Source: a virus
Strand: one strand, 5' to 3'
Virus record (IMG/VR): IMGVR_UViG_3300009093_000008
Coordinates: 2,282-66,281 of that record
DNA length: 64,000 bases
The notes below the pieces were generated by a model. The model was not told the origin of the DNA, ran no database searches, and was given only the letters and a program-made list of their open reading frames with translations. The position numbers and the translations under genes were made by a program. Positions 44,650 through 54,762 of the stretch are shown here, one piece after another; position 1 is the first letter of the stretch, and each line of letters opens with the position of its first letter.

Positions 44650-47600
44650 CTACTGCCCGGAAGACAACCGGTCGCGTACGTCAGAGGCAGCTACATCCTC
44701 AGGCCAAGCCGTATAGCCCTGGTGTGCACCCATCTCCGTAGCGATTTGCTGCCGGGCATCATCCCGGGCCTGCGCATCCGCCTGCACACTCGACGGGAGA
44801 TTGTCCACGAACGTCTGCCGCAGATCGTTCACCTGCTGCATCCGTTCCTGCTGGTCAGATGCCAAAGCGGCACGTTCCGCAGCGTAACCATCCAGCTTGA
44901 TGCCATTCTCGGCAGTCACATCATCCCAGGACAGGTCGCAATTGCAGTTCGGCCCACCCTCGCACAACTCCCCGAAGAACCCGTCACCAGGCCAGCCGGG
45001 CAACGTCTCGATGGTGTACTGCTCACCATCCCGCTCAGCACACAGGGCACAATCCCCGCCGCTCCACGTGATCATCTGCTCGCCGGGCGCCAGGTCGGTA
45101 CCGTCGTCGAGGGTCACCCCATCGTCGCCGTTGCTGGAAGCCTCTACCTGTGCAGCCGCTACCCTGGTGATGCCGTAGGCCTGCTCATAGGACGACTGGG
45201 CCTGCTGCCCGTACAAGTCGAGCCTTCCAGCCATCCCAGCGAACGCGGCAGTGGTAGCGCCAGCCGCAGTCACATCCCGCATCAGCTTCTCAAGGAAGTG
45301 CCTACCATCCTGGGCTTGAGCCTCCGCCTGCTCATCCCAGTAGTCCCCCACCTGGTCATGGAGATCTTCGTAGTCGTCACTCTCGAAATCGACAGGCGGA
45401 GTCTTCCTCGGCGCGAACTTGACCAGCCGGTGAGAACCCGGGTGGCCAAGATCAGACATAGCGTGTGAAGCACCCAGCCGCATCGCCTTGGAAGTGCCAT
45501 CCGTCATAGCGGCAACTCCCCTGGAGATGAATTCCGGTCCACCGATCCTTCCGGTACGGAGGCCGTTAACGGCTTTTCCCAGTTCTGCCGCCACCGAATC
45601 CTTGATTGGCGCCAGTGCGGCCTCACGTCTGGATTGGGTAACCGACTGCCTAGCTTTCTCGACTACGTCGAGTGGATCCTCACCCATCTGCAACGCGTAG
45701 ACCATGGCGTCTAGCACACCGTGCTCGATCGCCCTGCACTCCCAGTCCTCGATCGACTTGCCCTGCTTCAACCGGCGCCGTAGGGCATCCAGCTCGGCAA
45801 GAGCAGCCTTCGTGACCATCGCCTCCAGCGCCTTCGCGCCCGCGCCCGTGGTCTTACCGCCGTTACCTTCCCCAGCGCCAGGCTTAGAGCCAACAGCACG
45901 GTCAGAAGCCGCAGCCCCGGCAGAAGCCCCGGACGCGCCGGGGTTCGGCTTCGGCTTGGGCTTAGCCGCCCCACCACCACTATCCGGCGGAGCCTCACCA
46001 GGCGGAGCTATCGAGCCTGCCTCGGCGTTCGGCTGCAACCCCTCCGGCTTGCCCGTACTCGGGTCGATCGAGCCGAGGGCCAGGTAGCCCATGCTCGTCG
46101 CCACCAGGGGTTCAGTCGTCATCGGCAGACCGAACGGCTGTTCGCCCAGCTCGTTCCGGCCCTCGTCGATCGTGAGCAGTCCAGCGTTGATCTTGGAAAC
46201 GAGGATGGAGACCTGAGTAGCCTCGTCCAGACCCTGCTCCATACCCTCCCACTGCCACTCCATGTCGGACTGGCCGCAGATGTCCTGAAGGATGTAGTCG
46301 AAGACAGCGGACTTCAGCCACATCAGAAGCGGCTTCAGCGCCTTACGCTCGATGATCGAGTTCGCTGCACGGGTCTGCATGTTCGACGTCGAGGAGGACT
46401 GCACCATGGACACGCGCGGCGTGATACCGATCTCCACCGGAAGCACGTTGAACGCCATACACACCGAGGACATCACGATCTCGTCGAACTGGTCGGCGAG
46501 CGCCGTGGGCTTCTGCGGATCCACCCGGGAACCGGGAGGGAGCACAACCACCCGATGCTTGTGCGCGGAGTCCCCGGCAAGAGCGTTCAGCGAATCCTGC
46601 AAACTGCGCATCTGGCCCACGGTCATGTTCGTGTCGCCGGGGGAGATGAACACGCCGGGGATGGATCCCTCGTTGAAGTAGTCCAGCTGGAACTGTTGCC
46701 GATACAGGCCAGTCATCACCGGGATGAGGGCACGCTCGACCGGCGGGAACCCGTACGGGGTCCACCGTCGAGGCACGTACGGCAGGTAGAGCAGCTGGTT
46801 GGAGCGGTACTCCGCGACCATCTCGATGTCGTCGAAGGTCTCCGGGTCCGGGGGTGTCATCAGGTCGGTACGCGGCACGCCATACAGGTATTGCTGGTAG
46901 GCCACGTTCGGGGGTTTCGGCCGTGCACCACGGACGTCGATCATCGGACGGATCGAGGTACCGTCGATCAGCTGAAGCTCCGCCAGATCAGAACCCAGCA
47001 GTCCCTTACCCTTCATGCGGGTAGGCGCCATATACAGCGACAGCGCATCCACCTGGAACACGTCGTACAGCAGAGCAGCCAACCACGTGGAGTGGTCGGC
47101 GTAGTCGGTGTCCGGGCGTTTCCAGAACCTCATCGCCTCGGCGCGGCGTTCCTGGAAGTCCTTGTGCGCGGCATGGTCAGACGCCATGTCCTTCTCGGCT
47201 TCCTTGGTGGGGACGATGTCCCACTCCAAACCACGGATCTCCGAGATGCGAGTATCGATACAGGCATTCGCCACCGAGTACATGTCGCAGATGCTGCGCA
47301 GGTTGTCGAACGAGGCCAGCTTGTAACCTTCAGATCCAGGAACACCATGCGGCAGGTTCCACGCGACCGGGTACTCATACCGGCGCGGATCCACCAGGCC
47401 ATCATCGTTGAGCTGATCCAGTCCGGGACCCACCATCGGCACACCAGGGCCGAACAGGGCATTCGCGAACGTGTTCGGGTCCCGCTGCAACCCAGCGGAA
47501 CCCATGTTGAACGACGCGTACTGGGGCTGCTGAGCGGTCCCCGGACCGTAGTTGGCGACACCCCCGGAACCGTACCCACCCTCGGCAGGATAGGATCCCT

Positions 47601-47652
47601 TGCGCTGACGCTGCGCCCGGCTTATCGAACGCGGATCGACTGGGAACGCCAA
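44650..47652 (-). CDS. portal protein fused to a C-terminal MuF-like minor head domain
   Basis: L..IDG.SIRP, YG.PPVE, YF.EG.IP, F.V.P.EIG, LTIDEGR.ELG; C-terminal W...C..C...G......P......C.GGPNC.C. Confidence 0.88.
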   Translation of the reverse strand: MAFPVDPRSISRAQRQRKGSYPAEGGYGSGGVANYGPGTAQQPQYASFNMGSAGLQRDPNTFANALFGPGVPMVGPGLDQLNDDGLVDPRRYEYPVAWNLPHGVPGSEGYKLASFDNLRSICDMYSVANACIDTRISEIRGLEWDIVPTKEAEKDMASDHAAHKDFQERRAEAMRFWKRPDTDYADHSTWLAALLYDVFQVDALSLYMAPTRMKGKGLLGSDLAELQLIDGTSIRPMIDVRGARPKPPNVAYQQYLYGVPRTDLMTPPDPETFDDIEMVAEYRSNQLLYLPYVPRRWTPYGFPPVERALIPVMTGLYRQQFQLDYFNEGSIPGVFISPGDTNMTVGQMRSLQDSLNALAGDSAHKHRVVVLPPGSRVDPQKPTALADQFDEIVMSSVCMAFNVLPVEIGITPRVSMVQSSSTSNMQTRAANSIIERKALKPLLMWLKSAVFDYILQDICGQSDMEWQWEGMEQGLDEATQVSILVSKINAGLLTIDEGRNELGEQPFGLPMTTEPLVATSMGYLALGSIDPSTGKPEGLQPNAEAGSIAPPGEAPPDSGGGAAKPKPKPNPGASGASAGAAASDRAVGSKPGAGEGNGGKTTGAGAKALEAMVTKAALAELDALRRRLKQGKSIEDWECRAIEHGVLDAMVYALQMGEDPLDVVEKARQSVTQSRREAALAPIKDSVAAELGKAVNGLRTGRIGGPEFISRGVAAMTDGTSKAMRLGASHAMSDLGHPGSHRLVKFAPRKTPPVDFESDDYEDLHDQVGDYWDEQAEAQAQDGRHFLEKLMRDVTAAGATTAAFAGMAGRLDLYGQQAQSSYEQAYGITRVAAAQVEASSNGDDGVTLDDGTDLAPGEQMITWSGGDCALCAERDGEQYTIETLPGWPGDGFFGELCEGGPNCNCDLSWDDVTAENGIKLDGYAAERAALASDQQERMQQVNDLRQTFVDNLPSSVQADAQARDDARQQIATEMGAHQGYTAWPEDVAASDVRDRLSSGQ

Positions 47653-47706
47653 GGAACCACCTTTTACTTAAGGTCTGTACGGGATCTGTGCTAGGTCTGT
47701 GTTGGA

Positions 47707-48597
47707 TTAGCCGTGGCAGACGACGCGGTACTGGTTCGTAGTCGGGGCCGTCGCGAACGTGATGATGTCGGTGTTCGTGGTGGCGTGCTGAATGTCCGGC
47801 TGCACCACGTTGCCGGTGGAAACCTCGAACACCTGCGTCACCACATCTGTGGTACCCAGGTTGTGGGTAACCGTGATCGCGGTCAGCGAGCCGTTGCCGA
47901 TCGAGGCGGCGAACTTACGCACCACCAGTGACGTGTCGATCTGGAGAGCGCCGGAGTTGAACGTCAGGCCAGTGCCGTTGTTGACGCTGACGACCGTACC
48001 GGAACCACCGGTCAGACCGTTGCCCAGCGCAGCCGAAGCGATACGCACACCAGACGAGGAGACGTCGATCGAGGTACCGTTCGGCAGAACCGAGAAGGTA
48101 GTCGAGGACAGCTGAAGGCCGTTACCGGCTGAGTAGGAAGTACCCGCACCGAACTGCGCGAACACGATGTTCGACACGCCGACGTTCGGATCGTTGGTGG
48201 TCTGGGTCCACGCCGTGTCAGCGTTGGCGGTGCCCTTGACGACCATCACCGTAGCCGACTGAAGGCCGGGGGTGGTGGATGCGTCGGCAGCGCGAGCGGG
48301 AGCACCCGACGCCGCGACGACGTAGATACCGTTCTCGGTCTGGGTGGTCTGGTTCTTCAGCAGGATCCGGTCACCGGTGACAAGCGTGTAGCCGTCCACG
48401 GTCTGACCGTTCGCGTACGCCGTAGCCAGCGTGCCGTTCGTGGTGGTCGCTACGACCACTTCCTGCTTCCACTCCAGTCCCGCAGCGAAGTTGTCCACGT
48501 ACGCTTTGGTTGCCGCGTCGCTCGAAGACGACGGGTCGGCGACATTGATGATCCGCTGTGACGCCGAGTCAATGCCATTGAGAAACTTAACCGCCAT
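47707..48597 (-). CDS. virion fibre/decoration protein
   Basis: RIINVADP....DAATKAYVD, GDRILLKNQT...ENGIYVV, VTHNLGT.DV. Confidence 0.75.
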   Translation of the reverse strand: MAVKFLNGIDSASQRIINVADPSSSSDAATKAYVDNFAAGLEWKQEVVVATTTNGTLATAYANGQTVDGYTLVTGDRILLKNQTTQTENGIYVVAASGAPARAADASTTPGLQSATVMVVKGTANADTAWTQTTNDPNVGVSNIVFAQFGAGTSYSAGNGLQLSSTTFSVLPNGTSIDVSSSGVRIASAALGNGLTGGSGTVVSVNNGTGLTFNSGALQIDTSLVVRKFAASIGNGSLTAITVTHNLGTTDVVTQVFEVSTGNVVQPDIQHATTNTDIITFATAPTTNQYRVVCHG

Positions 48598-48645
48598 GAA
48601 CTCCTTTTACGGGTTTAGCCGTGGACCATCGCGGTCCCTACTACG

Positions 48646-48975
48646 TCAAGAATATATGGCCTGGCCGGTTTGTGGCGTCGCGAAAACGATGGTCGTGGTA
48701 TTCGCGTCGCTGACAATCACATCCGCCATGACCTGAGCACCGGCGACGAACAGTTCCACCAACGGAGGGCGGCCGAGGTTGTGGACGAGGATCCACGTAG
48801 CCGCTGGGGAGGATTGCGTGAACACCCCCACACTGCCGGACCCGACAGGACCCCTAGGGCCGGGTGGTCCTTGTGGGCCAGCCGCAGCGGTGGTTACGGA
48901 CATCGTCTCCGGCTGCGTTACCCTCACCGCCACCGAACTAGCCTGCCGTACCGTCACCACAATCGGGTCAGACAT
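48646..48975 (-). CDS. small structural protein with short collagen-like segment
   Basis: GPQGPPGPRGPVG then FTQ..PAATW.L.HNLGR.P. Confidence 0.7.
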   Translation of the reverse strand: MSDPIVVTVRQASSVAVRVTQPETMSVTTAAAGPQGPPGPRGPVGSGSVGVFTQSSPAATWILVHNLGRPPLVELFVAGAQVMADVIVSDANTTTIVFATPQTGQAIYS

Positions 48976-48979
48976 CGGG

Positions 48980-49381
48980 CTACCACCCGATCCCGGGGTT
49001 CAGGAGTATCGGGCCCTCCAACAGCGGCGTAATGGTGCCGCTGGGGGACCTCACAAGGATGGAGTACACGCCTTCAGTCCACGGCTGGGCGGCCGAGGCG
49101 GTGGCGGTGAGGCCGATGGCCAGCGTCCCATCCGTAGTACCCACTACCAGTGAGGTACCGGTACCGCCGCCACTGACACTGTCGAAGCTGAGCAGCGGAG
49201 CTTTGTTGGACAGGTTGTCCACCACATGCATGCGGGCAGAATAGCCGGTCAGATCAACCGGCGTACCATCCGGGTTCTCCCAAGTAAGAACAAGAGAGAA
49301 TGTGGTGCCCGACTCAAGGGCAAGAGCAAACGAACCAACCGACACTGGATCACCTCTATTCGAGTGTACCGACTTCGGCAT
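48980..49381 (-). CDS. virion structural protein (Ig-like)
   Basis: G.TF...LTW....PVDLTGYSARMHV...LLEG pattern; start may be the GTG near 49345. Confidence 0.65.
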   Translation of the reverse strand: MPKSVHSNRGDPVSVGSFALALESGTTFSLVLTWENPDGTPVDLTGYSARMHVVDNLSNKAPLLSFDSVSGGGTGTSLVVGTTDGTLAIGLTATASAAQPWTEGVYSILVRSPSGTITPLLEGPILLNPGIGW

Positions 49382-49772
49382 CCAGCAGTCTCAGCAGGAT
49401 AGACGCTGCCAGCTGCTCACCAGGATCCCCCACTGTCTCGGCTCCACCGATGGCGTAGACGAGCCTCCCCCGCAGTTCCAACATCTCCTCGTCGTCGAGT
49501 TCGTGAGCGAGGAGCTTTTCGAGGAGTTCATCCCGGCGGGCATGCTCGGCGTGGGGATGGTGCAGGATCGTGGCTGCGTCTTTCATGAGACCAGTCCAGA
49601 ACACATCTGTCTTAACTTCAAGTGCGGTGATCCGGTTGCCCAGAGCGTCCACGGCATCCACCACTTCCTTGCGATGTTGTCTTGACGCGTTCCGCTCACT
49701 GAAGTACAAACCAAAAGCGCCTGTGACAGCAATGATAGCCGTCAACAAGACGCCGAGGTCTTCCGGGTTCAT
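49356..49772 (-). CDS. membrane-anchored coiled-coil protein
   Basis: MNPEDLGVLLTAIIAVTGAFGLYF single TM then RITALE coiled coil. Confidence 0.6.
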   Translation of the reverse strand: MNPEDLGVLLTAIIAVTGAFGLYFSERNASRQHRKEVVDAVDALGNRITALEVKTDVFWTGLMKDAATILHHPHAEHARRDELLEKLLAHELDDEEMLELRGRLVYAIGGAETVGDPGEQLAASILLRLLDAEVGTLE

Positions 49773-49774
49773 GG

Positions 49775-50353
49775 CTAGCGCCTTACCGCGAGCAGGCGCT
49801 GGAGTTCCTTTTTGATCTGCTTCACCCGCTGCACCCGGGCCACAGACAGGGCGGTGATCGGGGATGCCAGGGAGACGGCGCGGACTACACACGCAATCAC
49901 CAGAACAGAGATGATCACTTCCGAGATGACCGGATAGAGCACCGGGGTTCGAGCGGCAGTGGTGCCGACAGAGAAGTTGCTGTAGCCGTACCATCCGAAC
50001 GCGAAGGCGTAGATCCACATCCCGAAGATCTCCAGACGGCGCGTCTTCATCAGGTTGTAGTTGTGCATGCGGAACAGCGACCACAGCAGCGAGCAGCTGG
50101 CTACGAGCATGGACGAGGCCCAGATGTATAGTCCGGCGGCGCCATGGTAGTAGGCCAGCAGGGGCCGGTCTGTGCCGTGTTCGTGCCTGATGAGGAGCGA
50201 CACCGCATCCAGCAGCGCCAGGACGACGAGGAACACCTCGAACGGCTCGGCGATCAGGGACGAGGGTGTCTTGATGAACCCGTGGAAGAACAGCCGACGC
50301 CAAAAGCCGAGGCGATCGTCTGCCTCGGCTCTGCGCTTGAAAAACCTACCCAT
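49775..50353 (-). CDS. multi-pass membrane protein (holin-like?)
   Basis: Four hydrophobic segments, basic termini. Confidence 0.65.
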   Translation of the reverse strand: MGRFFKRRAEADDRLGFWRRLFFHGFIKTPSSLIAEPFEVFLVVLALLDAVSLLIRHEHGTDRPLLAYYHGAAGLYIWASSMLVASCSLLWSLFRMHNYNLMKTRRLEIFGMWIYAFAFGWYGYSNFSVGTTAARTPVLYPVISEVIISVLVIACVVRAVSLASPITALSVARVQRVKQIKKELQRLLAVRR

Positions 50354-50403
50354 GAAATCCCTTCCGAAGCTAGCACTACTAACTAGCTTATCGCGGGAAG
50401 GGA

Positions 50404-50568
50404 CTACTGAGGTCGGTTGTTCGCGATTGTAGTTTTCAGGGACTCCAGAATCATGATGAACGCCTGTTCCTCGGAGAACCCGGCTTCGACGAACGCACGA
50501 TACAGCTCGTGCATGCCGATGGCGCCAGCCGCCGTCGAGGTGAACGGGTCTTCAGGCTTGTCCGTCAT
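50404..50568 (-). CDS. hypothetical protein
   Basis: MHELYRAFVEAGFSEEQAF motif common in actinophages; GAAGGAG RBS. Confidence 0.6.
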   Translation of the reverse strand: MTDKPEDPFTSTAAGAIGMHELYRAFVEAGFSEEQAFIMILESLKTTIANNRPQ

Positions 50569-50730
50569 GCGTTCTCCTTCAGATGGCCTATCAGCCAATC
50601 ACGGGCTTCCGCCCAGGTCTTGAAGCTGGACAGGTGGTAGAAGGTCCCGATGTCCCACCTCAGCCACGAGGAAGGGGACCAAGAGCCTTCAACGCGGTAC
50701 ACGTCCCACCGGCGCCGCCAGTAGGTATCC

Positions 50731-51210
50731 TCAACCGCTTCGATCCGATACCGGCTCACGCTCGGCCCCTTCGGTCCTAGTCCACGAGGTACTGTCGTAC
50801 GGACGGAACTCCCCACCCCACACACCAGACGACCCCGACAGCTTACCCCACTCGCCACACTGAAGGCGAACCGGGCAGTTGTCGCAGATGGGCTTCCACG
50901 CCTGTCGGTTGATCTCACCCAGCCCGTTCGGGAAGAACAACACTTCCAGATCAGCCTCTGTCAGCAGGCGCCGTGACTTCGGGTCGGCAGGCTTGTTCTT
51001 GATATGGCAGGCAGCCAACTCCCACCATCCGGTTCTGCGCTTCGGCGCCTCAAACCCGGACCGCACTATGCGGCAGGTGTTGCAGTGGTTGTTGCTGTAC
51101 CGGCCGCGCTGCATCGAGAAGTAGGCCATGGTCTTGTGCTGTAGGCAGGTTTCACAGCGCACCTTCTCGGCGAGGAAGTTCACCGAGGCGGAGTGGTCAT
51201 CACTTGCCAT
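50731..51210 (-). CDS. whiB: WhiB family transcription factor (second copy) with N-terminal Cys-rich region
   Basis: WWELAAC...LFFP...ICDNCPVRLQC...GVWGG. Confidence 0.85.
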   Translation of the reverse strand: MASDDHSASVNFLAEKVRCETCLQHKTMAYFSMQRGRYSNNHCNTCRIVRSGFEAPKRRTGWWELAACHIKNKPADPKSRRLLTEADLEVLFFPNGLGEINRQAWKPICDNCPVRLQCGEWGKLSGSSGVWGGEFRPYDSTSWTRTEGAEREPVSDRSG

Positions 51211-51394
51211 TCTGAGTCGCCGCCTTGTAGAGATCGTCGAGGTCCCGCTGCATGGCGTCGTACTCGATCCAGATGCGGTTCCAGTAGTTGACTTTGTCCG
51301 CCGGGACGTCCAGCTCCACCATGCCCGTGTGCCGCCGGTCCCCGTATGGCGTGTAGTCCGGGTAACGCTCGTCTTTGTCGATGTAGATCTTCAT
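51200..51394 (-). CDS. hypothetical protein
   Basis: 64-aa ORF overlapping the whiB start. Confidence 0.55.
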   Translation of the reverse strand: MKIYIDKDERYPDYTPYGDRRHTGMVELDVPADKVNYWNRIWIEYDAMQRDLDDLYKAATQNGK

Positions 51395-51574
51395 GGTCGG
51401 GATCCTACCGTTCAGGTTGACGAGGGGTCAATACCAGGTCCGTCGCATAGGCGAGGCAGTCGATCCAAGGCAGGTCCGGATGGTTACGCTGGACATCCTC
51501 GGCGAGGTTCAGCACGCGGTTCTCTTCACGCTGCGAGGTCTTGTGGCAGTCACAGCTAGGACAGTGCAGACACA

Positions 51575-51961
51575 TCAGCTCAGACCTACTTCCTGTTCTA
51601 GGTGTGTGATCCACGAACGCGACACGTAGCCGCGCCGGGAGTTCTCCTCCCGAACCCTGGCCCACTCCGCAGCATGCTTGGGACACACAGGCACAAGACC
51701 GTTGCCCAACTCCCGCAGTGGGGCGGAGTCGGAAACGAACTCGTCACACACCGGGTCTCTCCTGCGCGTCCCTCCCCAGCGGCACAAGGAGGAGACGTAA
51801 AGCGGACCAGCTGAACGCCGCGACCAGAGGACAGTGGGCTTCCCACGTTGGTGGCGCATCACCCGATAGCGTACGTACCTCGGCAACCGACGACCGGCGG
51901 CGAACGACAGCACGTGCAACCAGCCGAGCAGCAGGACCCGGTACAGCCAGAAGCGTCTCAC
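51575..51961 (-). CDS. hypothetical protein
   Basis: GTGA-coupled ORF. Confidence 0.45.
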   Translation of the reverse strand: MRRFWLYRVLLLGWLHVLSFAAGRRLPRYVRYRVMRHQRGKPTVLWSRRSAGPLYVSSLCRWGGTRRRDPVCDEFVSDSAPLRELGNGLVPVCPKHAAEWARVREENSRRGYVSRSWITHLEQEVGLS

Positions 51962-52146
51962 CGCCGCCCACCCCCAGGCCTGCGCTTGCTCTTGCTGGCC
52001 TCCCGCGCCTCACGGAAAGCGGCTATCTCTGCCTCAGGGTCGGCCGGAGGAATAGAGGGTACGTCGATCGTTTCGATACGAATGGCGGTCTCCATGATTT
52101 CTTTGTCGGTCAGCTTCGCGCCCCGGAGGATATCCCAGAATTTCAT
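51958..52146 (-). CDS. hypothetical protein
   Basis: 62 aa, GGAGG RBS. Confidence 0.5.
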   Translation of the reverse strand: MKFWDILRGAKLTDKEIMETAIRIETIDVPSIPPADPEAEIAAFREAREASKSKRRPGGGRR

Positions 52147-52337
52147 CAGCTCTTACCTCCTCCCGGGCTGCGCTTGCACCACCACGCGTGATGGCCTTTG
52201 GAGTCGCACTCCAGACAGCGACCGGAAGCACCGGGCCCCAGGATACCCATCTTAGTCACCACGTCCGAATACCGTCAGAGAGAATATGAGTAGCGCCAGC
52301 ATTACTACAGGGAACCACCACGGGACACCAAGTATCA

Positions 52338-52832
52338 TCACCATCCACCCTTCCGGGGCTTGGTGCAGCCAGAGCAGCGGCACGGAGCCTTGCCCATCAG
52401 GCGCGGACCGATCTCACTGTGCATCTGCTTCACCGCCTTCAGGATCTCCTCGGTGTCCTCGAACGTCTTCGTTGCCCTGGCATCCGAGGCCGCGCCCTGA
52501 AGGTTCTGCCCCACCATGATGGCAGGAAGCAGCACCAGCTGAAGGAACGACTGGGCAATCCACGACACAAGCGCGATGATCGACACCCGCACCAGGGCAT
52601 CAGGGAAGGTGTGGGCGAACAGGTGGAACTGGGACAGGATCGCCGGGAGGGAACACAGCGCCAGTAGGCAGAACACCCATGCACAGGTCATGGTGCCGAC
52701 CTTGCTGGTGATCTTCTCTGCGGCGCGTTTGTTGAACCGCTGGTATGCGGTGTCGGTGCGGTGGTGGTCCATGCGGTGTCCGTGGACCGGGGTACCGGCG
52801 TTGGTGTAGCCGTGGGTGGGTTCGTGGGTCAT
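52338..52832 (-). CDS. DUF1003-like membrane protein
   Basis: A.KITSKVGTM..AWVF...SW.....LQLVLLP.IMVGQN. Confidence 0.75.
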   Translation of the reverse strand: MTHEPTHGYTNAGTPVHGHRMDHHRTDTAYQRFNKRAAEKITSKVGTMTCAWVFCLLALCSLPAILSQFHLFAHTFPDALVRVSIIALVSWIAQSFLQLVLLPAIMVGQNLQGAASDARATKTFEDTEEILKAVKQMHSEIGPRLMGKAPCRCSGCTKPRKGGW

Positions 52833-53104
52833 CGTGTTTCTCCTATCGCTCCGACGAGTGTACCGCCTACCTCGTCGGCGAACCGCTGGCAGGCTTCCTC
52901 GAACGGCAGTCCGGCCCATTCCGGTGAGAACGGGTTCTTCCTGATGCCGAAGCACCGTGAGCAGATCAGGTCGAGGCTGAAGCTGAAGACTGGCGCCACG
53001 TAGAGCAGGTGGTCACAGTCAGGCAACAGCGGGTTGACCACGATCAGGGGTGCGTCGGCGAAGATCTCCGCTGCATCCTCGAACGAGACAGTGGGGATCA
53101 TCAT
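52829..53104 (-). CDS. hypothetical protein
   Basis: ATGA-coupled ORF. Confidence 0.5.
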   Translation of the reverse strand: MMIPTVSFEDAAEIFADAPLIVVNPLLPDCDHLLYVAPVFSFSLDLICSRCFGIRKNPFSPEWAGLPFEEACQRFADEVGGTLVGAIGETR

Positions 53105-53286
53105 TCCTCGTTCAGCTTGTCGGCGATGCGCTGGAACAGCTCAGCATGTTCGGGCACGCTGCTGTCGGAGATGAACTCGTCATCGACGTACAGCTGCCAG
53201 TGCTTCACGGTGGTGAGCGTGAGTGTACGGCCGTAAACCTCGCCGGTTCTTTCTTCCCCGCCGTACGTCCGCACCTCGGCTTTCAC
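53101..53286 (-). CDS. hypothetical protein
   Basis: GTGA/ATGA-coupled ORF. Confidence 0.5.
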   Translation of the reverse strand: MKAEVRTYGGEERTGEVYGRTLTLTTVKHWQLYVDDEFISDSSVPEHAELFQRIADKLNEE

Positions 53287-54191
53287 TCGCCCTGCTCCCG
53301 CCGCTTCAACTCTGCCTCGTACTTCTTAATTGAGCGTTTCGTGCTGGCCTTGGCCACCTTGATTTCCACTAGGTTGCGCTTCAACCAGAGCAGGTTAGAC
53401 CTCACCTCGGTGTCGGTGAGCTTCCGTAGCCAGTCGTTTTCAGGGCTCGGGTCAGACATTACTCGCCCTCCTGGTAGTGCGGGTTCGGCTGGCCGATCAA
53501 GGGGATCAGCTCAAACGACACTGACCGCCACCGAGTACCGCCGCTGTTACGCCGGTCGATCTCGTACCGGTAGAAGCCCCACAGCCACTTCTGGCCCTCG
53601 AACGCGAACAGCCTGTCCTGGTCGAAGAAGTCGATGAGCGCGGGCAGGCGGATGATTTCCGGGTCGGTCACAGCACCCCCAGCGAAACCAACAGGATGGC
53701 GACGAGCCCCCACAGCATCAGGGCAACCGCCAAGGAGGTGGAGATAGCGCCTTCGGTCCTGAAGTACCAGCCTTCGTCTTTCTTGCTCATGCTTCGATCT
53801 CCAGATCTTTCACACGGTAGACGGCGGTGCGTTTCCGTTTCTTCGGGTACCGGTACCACGGCCACGGCAGCTCCACGCGGACGAGGCCGTAGCTGTAGTC
53901 CACGTCAAGGACGGTACCATGCTCGCCGGATGGGGTTCGCACCCGCACCTTGTCGCCGAGCATCGGGACGAACTGAAGCATGTCGTCGTCCTCGTCGTAG
54001 TCGGTGATGTCGTAGCCGGGGATACGGCGGGTCACAGTGCCACCCACCGGCCGTGTTCGTCCTTCACGAACCACTGGCCGTCACCGCGCCACTTGAGCCG
54101 GATGTAGTCCATGCCTCCGTGCAGCACCTTAAACAGGCGGTTACCGTCATGGAACGCTTCTTCAGACACGAGGAACATGCGTGCCAGCGGA

Positions 54192-54578
54192 TCAGCCATC
54201 GCCCCTCCTGTACTTGAGGTCTTCGTAGGTCTCGCGTAGCTCATCCTCTGCCTTGCGGGCGCCGCTGATAGCTTTCCGCAGACGCTGCGCCTCACTCTTC
54301 GGAATGATCGCCCACACGCCATCGTAGGACCACTCCGGCCGTCCCTTGTAGATCTCCATGTGGGGGCATTCGTACTCGCCGCCCTCACGGATCCACACAG
54401 CGGCCATGCCGTCAGGGGCATCCGGCTTCGGGGGTGCTACCGGCTTCGGACGCGGACCGGTCAGCGGGCGGCGCAGCGGCTGCCACAGCGGGACAGGCGT
54501 GTTCATCGTCTCGAACGCTCGTACCATCGCCATGGACAGGTCGAACGGATCGATCCCCTGTGGTTCATCGTTCGGCAT
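54192..54578 (-). CDS. hypothetical protein
   Basis: 128-aa ORF overlapping neighbours. Confidence 0.55.
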   Translation of the reverse strand: MPNDEPQGIDPFDLSMAMVRAFETMNTPVPLWQPLRRPLTGPRPKPVAPPKPDAPDGMAAVWIREGGEYECPHMEIYKGRPEWSYDGVWAIIPKSEAQRLRKAISGARKAEDELRETYEDLKYRRGDG

Positions 54579-54762
54579 GGGCAGTCTCCAAGTGTTCTTG
54601 GCCGGACCGTACGGCCGCAGCGTAGTCCCCCTCGATGTAGTCGCACCACTGCCCGCACAGACAGCACGTCCACATCCATGCGGTGTTGCCGACCATGTCG
54701 GTGTCGTGGCCGAGGTGTACGCCGTTGTCGCAGTTGGTGTTACATTCCGGCTTGTCCGGCAT
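54565..54762 (-). CDS. hypothetical Cys/His-rich protein
   Basis: 65 aa, WTCCLCG. Confidence 0.5.
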   Translation of the reverse strand: MPDKPECNTNCDNGVHLGHDTDMVGNTAWMWTCCLCGQWCDYIEGDYAAAVRSGQEHLETAHAER

